DNA of 20,000 bases. It comes from Fimicolochytrium jonesii. Its lineage: Eukaryota. The notes beneath the pieces were generated by a model. The model searched no databases. It was not told the DNA's origin and worked only from the letters and a program-made list of their open reading frames with translations. The translations under genes and the position numbers were made by a program. The DNA is taken from contig NW_026515700.1 of NCBI RefSeq assembly GCF_025526975.1, positions 307,041-327,040 on the forward strand, read 5' to 3'. This document shows positions 10,015-18,886 of the stretch, one piece after another (the first letter of the stretch is position 1; each line of letters begins with the position of its first letter).

Positions 10015-10659
10015 GTCGAGCGGTGTATACGGGCTCCAGAGCGGCCAAAAATTCCGATTTTGATCCCTTTTGCAGAGTTGCCGCGTCCATAGCAGAGTTG
10101 TGATAATATCGTGCAGAGAGGTTAAGGCACTGGTAGATTGCATCCCGTTACCGAGAAGGGCCCAGAACCAGCTTTTCCGGACGACATAACAAATAGTTGC
10201 TGCCCGCATCTCCGGTCCGTCATTCAAGGACCATAGGTTAACTCTATTGTATCATTTCCACCGGCCACTAAAGCCATGGTGACATAGCATATGCGGCATT
10301 GAGATCGAGAGAGATTCGGAAATGCCCTGATTCTATCTCTCGGAAGGTATTCCGCTAGTCCCAATACCTTGCACTCACAGTCAAAATGGGGAAAGATACG
10401 CGTGACGTCAGCAGTCAAGGGGTGCATTCTCCCCTGTTCTCGCCCCATTTCGACATTATACTTTCTAAACGTTTGCGCTATTTGCGTTCAGCACCAAGAC
10501 GACCACATGCGCCCCACTTTACTGAACGGTTTTGAAGTGCATATAAGGTCTCGCCCAAAAGATTTTTCCCCTCCTATAAATGAACCCAGTAGTAGACCTC
10601 GCATTTAGACGTATTTCGAGGCGCTATTTCAAACCAATTGGCAGAGGTCAGCCATAGCA
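10015..10659. promoter_or_regulatory. Divergent intergenic region with TATA-like elements on the + strand
   Basis: Lies between head-to-head starts of the fusion gene and the GH28-like gene. TATAAG is near 10542 and CTATAAAT near 10574, ~85-120 nt upstream of the ATG at 10660. Confidence 0.4.
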
Positions 10660-13095
10660 ATGCCTATCCGTGAGGTGGCTGGGCCCATTGGCCTGCATTG
10701 TGGCGCTTATGGCGATTGGTGGTGATGTTGCGCTGGCCGCAACTACGTACGACCTTGAAGATCACCGCAACTGCGAAGGTCACATCGACTACAAAAGTTA
10801 CCACTCCGATCGCATCGACAGCGAAGGTAACATCGACGCCGAAGCCGTCACCTATCCTTACTTCGACGCTAAAGCCATCTGACTCCCAGTACATCAACAC
10901 CAAAGCCGACCACCCCTCCCGTTACATCAACACCAAAGCCGCCACCCCTCCTGTGACATCAGCGCCCAAACCATCTACTCCGCCCGTGACAGCTACGCCA
11001 AAGTCGTCCAACCACCCCGTGACATCTATGCTAAAGCCGTCAACTCCCACCATTGATCGTCGACGCCACGATCTGTCAGGAGCAGTGTCACATCGTCAAG
11101 CAGGCCGCTTTCTTCTGTGCCTTCCGCAACTCCCATTGTGTCATCAGGCAGGCCGATCTCGTCGACGCCTGTCGCCACTCAAGTCGCGCCCGCTTCGTCG
11201 TCCTATTCGCCTCCTCCGGTATCCTCACACTCGACGCCTGCCGCATCATCCCTTAGGCCTAATTCACCAGCTTATTCGGCTTTTCCTTCGTCTTCACCAG
11301 CATACTCCCCACCTGCCGCTTCTTCTGCCGGGTCGACTGTTTCCTCATACTTGCCCCCTCCGGCATCTGGTTCTCCGTGGTACCCGGGTGTGAGCACCTT
11401 CATCGCATCAGACGCACATAGACCCAGCAGCTCCTTTGCAGCTTACAGTCCCCCGCCCTCAGCTGGTGATGCCTCATTTTCACCGCTACAAACGGCCTCA
11501 TTTTCACCGCTACAGGGCGGCGATGCTCCTTCATCTAGCTGGGACTCCGCGTTTGCATCCCCGAGTTGCCGAGTTACCGGAGTGACCCGTGTACAGCTGG
11601 GTGTCACCATCGCCCAGCGCATGGGATGCTGCTTCGCCTTCCACCGATTTTGGAGCTCATAGTTCTTTCCCATCGGATTGGCCATCTGGATCGCCGCAAC
11701 CTTCCGCCTCCCAAAGCCATGGTCGTCTGCATCGCCGTGGGCATCTGCGCCGCCCTCATCATCTCTCTTATCGGTCTCTGCACCGTCCTCAGCCATCTAT
11801 CCTCCTCCTTCCCTACCCTCAACCCCGATTGCTTCCTCGCCGATCTTTTCACAGCCGAACTATTCTCAATCCTCTCCGGCCGTCATAAGCCTCTCTCCGT
11901 CCGCACCAGCACCAGCACCAACACCCACTACCTCGCAGGAGCGTCACCTGCGCTTCCAGGATGTCAGCTACAGAAATATTTGCGGCTCTTCAATGCTGCC
12001 AAATTTCATATCACGGTCATTGGCAATCACAACGAGCTGTGGAACATCCGGGTCGAGGCCGCATTTCTGTGCCGTCATTTCTTGGTTTGATTATCCATTC
12101 TTGGCGGGGCATTGCAGAACTGAAATCTTGCGACGTAACAGAAACGGACGGCTTTGTCATCCGAGTCCAACTACGTGCACGACGTCTATGTCCGCAACGG
12201 CGACGAATGCTTCACGGTCAAAACGCCCACCAACAACTTCCGCGGCGAAAACATCTTTTGCAACAATACGGCTGGCAACAATATCGGGTCGTTTGGAAAT
12301 GGCCCCGTGCCTGTGAGGGTTTCCAATGTGTATTATCGGAATGTCACGCTGGTAAGAACATTGTGACACTTTATGATCATTTTTTTGAACTTCTGCCTTG
12401 CACTTGTTTCCATCCAGATTGGTCCAGCCTCCGCCGGGATCATGCACAAGGCGTACATCATCAACAATGGATATGTGACGAACGTCACTTACGAGGACTT
12501 CCGGATGGAGTCCGCTGCGTGAGTCCTAGGTAGCTAACCGGCTCCCCGGATTTTAGGTACCCGATTTCCATCAACCCATTCTGGTGTGGCAAAGGCGATT
12601 GCGGAAACACCTATGGAAAGTAAGTGTGATTTCCGATTGACCTCTGGCTTCGAGTGCGGCTGCAAACGCGGGTCGTCATAAACCTTGGCATGTGGAAAAG
12701 ATTTAGTCTGGGGAAGCTCTACAGTGCGGTCGGAGTGAGGGCTTCAGATAACGGTGGACCTAGAGGCATGGAATCTGATGTGAACGACCGTATCCGCGTG
12801 CGATGGGGCCAGAACGGCGGCCATTTGTCTGGCCGACGTCCTCCCATGCTAACGTTCACCCATCCCTCCCAGCCTTACATTCAGCAACATAACATACCGC
12901 AATTTCAAAATTTACGGCAAAAACGACAAACCCAGAGCGCTCGTCCAAATGAAGTGCATCAGCTCAACGCAATCCCCCATCGGCAAAATTCAGTGCTCCA
13001 ACATCAAGCTCTGTAACGTCGACAGGAGTCAGGCGGTTGGGTATGGCGCGGACGACGTTACCAATGTTAGTGGTCATACTACGAATTGCAAGTAG
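10660..13095 (+). pseudogene. GH28 rhamnogalacturonase-like pectinase with signal peptide and long Ser/Thr/Pro-rich stalk; frameshifted, N-terminal part of the catalytic domain apparently missing
   Basis: A signal-like segment (RWLGPLACIVALMAIGGDVALAATT) is out of frame with ATG 10660. The S/T/P-rich frame switches near 10748, 11055, ~11570-11590 and ~11715. GH28 pieces: HLRFQD, LFNAAKFHITVIGNHNELWNIRVEA, ETDGF, SNYVHDVYVRNGDECFTVKTPTNNFRGENIFC..AGNNIGSFG..VSNVYYRNVTL. Clean 3' exons follow: 12418-12518 (GIMHKAY..GYVTNVTYEDF), 12557-12619 (YPISINPFWC) and 12873-13095 (LTFSNITYRNF...CSNIKL...TAG). NGDEC with no GHG motif points to the rhamnogalacturonase type rather than polygalacturonase. Confidence 0.8.
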
Positions 13096-14412
13096 GTTTG
13101 TAGATGCGGCGGACGATGCGGGCAGTCTGACTTCGAGTTGCACTATTCGAGGCAAACTCCTTAACCACTCGGACACAGTGTCGTGAATCAAACCTGAAAG
13201 ATTGTGTGCCGTTGGGAAACGCACGCCTCCTGAAGCGTGGAAAGAATGCTTGATATTTGTTGCAGCAGCTGTGAAAAGTAATCCGACCTCTGAAGAAGGA
13301 GAGAGTTCCTCGACCGCACGGCTTAGGATCGCGGCGAGAAGGCGTACCATACCGGTGCACTTCATGCCCAATGGCAGCACAAAGGCAGGAGAACGGCAGG
13401 AGAGCGCCTGAAGAATGTGCACATTCCCAAACCCGGCATGATAAGAGTCGGTACACTTCCCGTTGTGTCCTTGTCAATTGTTCCAAAGAGAAGAAACCTA
13501 TCTCCCAATCCATGTCCGCCATTGTTCGAAAAACCTCACCGCCTCAATCACGGTTTGGCCGATTGTTGGAAGAAAAAAAAAAAAGAAGTGAACCAATGCA
13601 TTCATTGGTTTCGATTGTACCCAAAAAAAAAACTGGTCCATTCCGTCCGTCCTTGTCCGAATTTTTCAAATAAGTCCTTTTCCAATTGTTTGAAAGACAA
13701 AAAATTGGTTCAATCGTGGTTCTTCCTTTGTTCCCGTTTCTCCTGTGCTTCGGATCCGTTTTGAAGGAGCTAGAGCGGAGAAAGGCGTGTCGTGCTTATG
13801 TCAGCTCCGACGGTATTCGACGGTTCACAATCGTTGAACGAAAGAATAACCAGATGTATGACACAAACGTAGAAAGCTAGGGTTAGGAGTCAGAAGGAAC
13901 GGCAGTCAAATGAAGTTGCCCAGGGGTAGGGGAGGACAAACGGGTATCGCAGATAACAGGCATAACAGGAACGCAGCTAGGAGGGAGGAAGACCGAGGGA
14001 GGAGGAAATAAGGTACAATCAAAACCACGTCCATATCTCAAGGTCCACCAGAGAAAAAGGTTTCGTGCAGCTGTTCTCGATGCTGGTGTGACAGGGGTGT
14101 GACAGGGGTTCGCCACAGCATCCTGTGGTAACCAAGCCTCCTTTGACTTCCTCCGCCATCTTTTGTCTAGGTGAGGGTACCACGATGCAGGCCGCGGGGC
14201 GTGGTATACGCAGTTGGGATATCTTCGGGCGAGTAGAATGGGGGAGTTCGCCCTCTTTCCGAAAATCAATGAGCGGGCGGTATCGCATTCACGCCGATGC
14301 TTTTCAGGCGTCGTAGCTGCAGATGAAAGCACAGATTAAGCCTGACCTGTCTAAATGACCCGACGCAAAGAACTGTGAAAATATCCAGAGCCAGTTTTGC
14401 ACAAGGAACAAC

Positions 14413-16506
14413 TCACCGATTCTCCCTCCGAAACAACAGCGAAGCAGCCGCCCCAACCTCCCCAAACTCGAAACCAAACCCATCTTCTTCTCTCCTTACG
14501 GGCCCGTTCGCATTACCACAATCTGCCGCCGATTTCCGTACTGTCGATCGCTCAGCGGTATCCACCTCTATCCGCACATCCTCCCTCGCGTGGTACGACC
14601 CGACCGCCCTTTCCCTCGCCTCTGCCAGTGCCGCTATGGCTCTGAGCCGGTATGCATTCACATCCATAGGCATACCAGGACTCCTCCTCCTCCGTCTTCT
14701 TTCACTGTCACTACGGCCCAACACGCCATCCCCGTCGCGGTACTTCCTCGTGCTGTTCCGCGCGTACGTATTCCCCGTGCCTTTATCGTGGTCAGTGAAG
14801 CGGGATGGGCGTGGAGATAGGGATCGGGTTCGGTCTCGTTCTGGATTGGGGAGGGTGGAGGAGGGGCGGGATCGTGTGGCGTGTGGGGGGATGGTGGTGA
14901 GGGTGGTGTCGCGGTGATGGGAAATGGGCCGTGGACGAGTAAGGGTGGTGTCGCGGTTGGAGTGTGCTGCAGCTGTCGTTGGTGTTGTGATTGGATTGGG
15001 AGAACGTTGAGCGCCGCTTCTATCCATACGGGTGCTGTCATGACGCGACGGCGCTGATGAGAGGCTCCGGTCCGCATTGGCCATCAGCGTTTCGTCTATC
15101 CCCACCCGGCCGTCTTGCATGGTGGAGGGTGGGGTCGATACACCGGATCCGGTGTCCGCAGCAGCAAAATAAGCCTGCATAGCAGAAACCGCCTCCTCAT
15201 CATAAGCCGGCGGGACGTGCGGATGTGGTGTTGATTGAGTGCGCGTGCTGTCCCGGTAGAACTGATCGCGCTCTCGCGCACGGTCAATGAGAGCCGCTGC
15301 TGTCGGGCGGGTCGACTTTGACTGTTTTGGTTTCGGTTGTGGTAATCCGGGCTCGGTTTTGATCTTCACGGCGTCCTCTACCTGCACTGTCGGTTGCTCG
15401 ACCATTTCGTTCTTGATGTCAGGCACCGCAGCAACGCTGTTCTCGGGTTTGATAACCTTATCTTCAGGGATTGTGACAAGAGGTACTTCACTAGCTGCGC
15501 AACTGACGACACCCGGGACGCCCGGCGGGTCAGGCGTGCGACGCCACATTAGGAGTGGGTCGAAAATGATCTCGGGTTGTGGGCCCCAGCCTTGGACAGT
15601 CTTTTCTTTCGCAATCCCATTCCCCGTTCTCTCATCCCATCGCAGCTTGTACTCGTCAAACCGACTTACATCCGGTTCTGGTAGAAAATCCTGGCCGTCA
15701 AAACCGCCTACACGTAGTCGAGAGTGGGTGTCGCTGCTGTTGCTGCCAAGACCGGCCATGCTGTTTCCCATTCCGCTGTTGTGAGTAGCCAGTCCGATGT
15801 TTGCGGCAGCGGTGTTGAGGTTGTTCGGCCGATCGTGCCAAGTAGACCCCCGCATCTGCATGGGCTTGCCCATTCCCGGGCCGTATGCGCTACCGCGCAT
15901 AGCTGCTGCATTCGCACGAGCATTGTTGCCGAGTGAGTAGTCTCGTCCGCCGGGTATCATGCCGCCCATCATCCTCATACCATTCATCCCGTATCCAACA
16001 CCGACGCCGCCCATTCCGACCTTCACGCCGTCATACGTCCCGAGTACACCCGCAGGTGGATACGCCATCATATTCATTCCCATATCCATTTCCATGCCCA
16101 TGCCCATGCTCATCCCAATCGTCGCATTCGGGTATCCTCCACCATGGTATCCCATCCCCATCTGATATGCTGCTTGTCCGCCCGCCATGCCCATATGCGG
16201 GCCTGCTGCTCCCCAACCTCCCGGATCCAGTCCCACGGGGCTGTATTGATTCATAAAGTCTGGCTCGTCGTATGGATTGGGCATCATTCCTCCTCCTCCT
16301 CCGTAGCCGTATAGGTCCGGAAATACAGGCCCGCCGCCCCCGCCTCCTCCGCGCCCGTTGCGGAACCCAATAGAGTCATCGTAGAATCGGTTCTGATAGA
16401 CAGACACCAGGAAGGAAGAGCAGTTAGAAGAGGTATCAGGGTACGGACCTGTAGGTCTGTATATGGGATCGATCGCTAGAGCCTTGGAGCAGCACGTACG
16501 TACCAT
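14413..16506 (-). CDS. Hypothetical low-complexity, probably disordered protein (~660 aa spliced; Gly/Met/Tyr/Asn-rich N-terminus, Arg/Ser/Thr-rich C-terminus)
   Basis: 697-codon open frame. There is a likely in-frame 111-nt intron at 16503-16393 straight after the ATG (ATG|GTACGT...CTAAC...TATCAG|AAC), giving MNRFYDDSIGFRNGRGGGGGGG... No recognisable folded domain. Confidence 0.65.
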   Translation of the reverse strand: MVRTCCSKALAIDPIYRPTGPYPDTSSNCSSFLVSVYQNRFYDDSIGFRNGRGGGGGGGPVFPDLYGYGGGGGMMPNPYDEPDFMNQYSPVGLDPGGWGAAGPHMGMAGGQAAYQMGMGYHGGGYPNATIGMSMGMGMEMDMGMNMMAYPPAGVLGTYDGVKVGMGGVGVGYGMNGMRMMGGMIPGGRDYSLGNNARANAAAMRGSAYGPGMGKPMQMRGSTWHDRPNNLNTAAANIGLATHNSGMGNSMAGLGSNSSDTHSRLRVGGFDGQDFLPEPDVSRFDEYKLRWDERTGNGIAKEKTVQGWGPQPEIIFDPLLMWRRTPDPPGVPGVVSCAASEVPLVTIPEDKVIKPENSVAAVPDIKNEMVEQPTVQVEDAVKIKTEPGLPQPKPKQSKSTRPTAAALIDRARERDQFYRDSTRTQSTPHPHVPPAYDEEAVSAMQAYFAAADTGSGVSTPPSTMQDGRVGIDETLMANADRSLSSAPSRHDSTRMDRSGAQRSPNPITTPTTAAAHSNRDTTLTRPRPISHHRDTTLTTIPPHATRSRPSSTLPNPERDRTRSLSPRPSRFTDHDKGTGNTYARNSTRKYRDGDGVLGRSDSERRRRRRSPGMPMDVNAYRLRAIAALAEARERAVGSYHAREDVRIEVDTAERSTVRKSAADCGNANGPVRREEDGFGFEFGEVGAAASLLFRRENR

Positions 16507-16875
16507 TCTGGATGGAGTAAACAGCAGCTGTGCTTTTTTTGGCTGACCCTCGTTTGCACATCAAACTGCTCAGAGCGGATATTTGAGCGACCAGACAGCT
16601 CTGACTCTATGGGTATATATGAGTGATGCAGATAAGTTGGTGGTTGCGCGTGTGTCTACAGGGAGGATTGGCAGGACAGGACAGCAGGACTCAGGACAAC
16701 CCTGCACAGCCACCCGGACTCTGAGGACTATCACCATTGCAGACATCATTGTCACGGATTTCAACACCAGACACATACAGCATCGCGGTTGGCAACAGCA
16801 CGGTTCCCCAGTGGCTGGACTTCGGCTCCCTGCTCTCCTTTTCGCTTTTGAGTTACTCTGGACTTGGGAATCAGC

Positions 16876-17381
16876 ATGCCAAGGTATGGTACCTGATTCT
16901 CGCCACACCCAGACACGCCGTCTTCGGCGTGGCCTCTCACAGTGGCCTTGTACGGCGCGCACAAGAGCTGAAGATGTCTTCAACAATTGGAGCTGACTCT
17001 ATCTTTCTCTCTATATCTTCACCACAAACTGGTGTGGTGCCTAGGCACAAGAAGGGTCGCGCTCGGGTGAACTTTCCTGGTTGTGATAAGAGATATGGGC
17101 AACGTTACGACCCTGGATGCATTGGATGTGGGGACGTTGGGTCTACGGGATTTTGGAGGGTTGGGAGGGAGATTTATCTTCGCTTGTTGGACTATGGGTA
17201 TTGGCCCATGATGGGGCAGGGTGCATATGAACCATATGCGTGCGAGGGATGCATGCGGAGGTGGCGGAAGCTGGGCTGGACTGTAAGCGGCGTGGCTGTT
17301 GACGAGGAGGAGGGGAATGATGTCGTTGTTATGGTGAATGGTGAAGGAGAGAACCCATCCTTTGAAGTGATTGAGGATCCC
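16876..17381 (+). pseudogene. Truncated ORF with a GATA-like C4 zinc finger, interrupted by the subtelomeric unit
   Basis: Possible start ATG 16876 with intron 16884-16942 (GTATGG...CTCACAG) in frame. It encodes CIGC..STGFWR...YACEGCMRRWRKLG and an acidic stretch. The frame then runs directly into AGGGTTAGGGTTA at 17382. Confidence 0.4.
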
Positions 17382-17730
17382 AGGGTTAGGGTTACAGGAC
17401 TGTTCCGGGTTATGGGTTATTTTTGGTGGTCCGGAAAGTGTCAAATAAAGTTGCTAGCAATGTTCAAGGGTGTCTTACGGTACTGTACATAGAAATTTGG
17501 GGCATGTTTTCCACTCAATGCTCCCGGAAAATCTGTTTTTCCGCTTTTTGACTATGAAAATGTCACCAAAACGCATTTTCTGAAACTCTGAGTGGATGGA
17601 TTTTGCTTAAAGTTCAATATGTCTCAGAAAACATCCCCAGAAACATCTAGGAACCTTCATCTACTCTAGTATTTATCAACTCCTGGCACTTTTTGTTTCC
17701 AGGCAATATGGGGGTGTTCTGCAGTTGGTG
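17382..17730 (+). repeat. Diverged, 3'-truncated internal copy of the subtelomeric unit, preceded by only two telomere repeats
   Basis: AGGGTTAGGGTTA at 17382-17394, then 17395-17730 colinear with 18394-18729 (roughly 90% identical by eye). Homology stops after CAGTTGGTG. Confidence 0.93.
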
Positions 17731-17773
17731 TTATGGACGACGCGCCCATACCATAAGCTTACCTACTGACAGC

Positions 17774-17855
17774 CGCCAATGTCAACCGCCAAATGTCAAA
17801 CGCCAATGTCAATGTCAATGTCAGTGTCAATGTCAGTGTCAATGTCAATGTCAAT
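17774..17855. repeat. Hexamer microsatellite (CARTGT)n, ~8-9 units, preceded by CGCCAA(A)TGTCAA repeats
   Basis: cgccaatgtcaaccgccaaatgtcaaacgccaatgtcaatgtcaatgtcagtgtcaatgtcagtgtcaatgtcaatgtcaatg. Confidence 0.9.
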
Positions 17856-17982
17856 GCCACTCCCTCTCTCCTCTCATTTCGCCAATCCTCTTGCAATATC
17901 GCCACTCCTCCTCTCTCCTCTCATTTCGCCAATCCTCTTGCAATATCGCCACTCCTCCTCTCTCCTCTCATTTCGCCAATCC
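17856..17982. repeat. 47-bp pyrimidine-rich minisatellite, ~2.7 copies
   Basis: Unit gccactcctcctctctcctctcatttcgccaatcctcttgcaatatc, starting at 17856 (45-bp variant), 17901 and 17948 (partial). Confidence 0.92.
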
Positions 17983-18183
17983 CCCCTCGGCTTCTCCACA
18001 CCCCCCACTGCTTCCCCATAGCCAGCAGCTGTAGCAATGCTCTCTACGCTCGCCACGCACGCTCTAGGAGCATAGCTGGCGCCCCCCAGTCCCCTCTTGT
18101 TGTTGTTGTTCTCTGATCTGCTGGGTTGCCTATCTATAAATAGCCGGCCTCTTTTCGTCCATTCCCTTCCTCCCCAGCAGATC

Positions 18184-18845
18184 AGGGTTAGGGTTAGGGG
18201 TTAGGGTTAGGGTTAGGGTTAGGGTTAGGGTTAGGGTTAGGGTTAGGGTTAGGGTTAGGGTTAGGGGTTAGGGTTAGGGTTAGGGTTAGGGTTAGGGTTA
18301 GGGTTAGGGTTAGGGTTAGGGTTAGGGTTAGGGTTAGGGGTTAGGGTTAGGGGTTAGGGTTAGGGTTAGGGGTTAGGGTTAGGGTTAGGGTTACAGGACT
18401 GTTCCCGGTTATGGGTTATTTTTGGCCATCCAAAAAGTGTCATATAAAGTTGCTAGCAATGTTCAGGGGCATCTTACTGTAATGTGCTTCAAGTTTTGGG
18501 GCATGTTTTCCACTCAATGCCCCGGGAAAATCTGTTTTTCCGATTTTTGACTATGAAAATATTGCCAAAATGCATTTTCTGAAACTCTGAGTGGATGGAT
18601 TTCGCTTAAAGTGGAATATGTCTCAGAAAACATCCCCAAAAACATCTAGGAACCTTCATCTACTCTAGTATTCATCAACTCCTGGCACTTTTTGTTTCCA
18701 GGCAATATGGGGGTGTTCTCCAGTTGGTGGCGAATGACTCATTTTGGTTTGCTCTCAATTTGCTACATGTTCAAGGGTTAGGGTTAGGGTTAGGGTTTTA
18801 GGGTTAGGGTTAGGGTTAGGGTTAGGGTTAGGGTTAGGGTTAGGG

Positions 18846-18886
<41 letters not shown>

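Noticed and set aside
12620..12872. Intronic snoRNA in the 253-nt GH28 intron
   Set aside because: Only a short GGCCAGA/TCTGGCC stem; no convincing C/D or H/ACA box arrangement.
17693..18116. ORFs with CQCQ, MSMS or NVNV repeats
   Set aside because: Products of the hexamer microsatellite and the 47-bp minisatellite.
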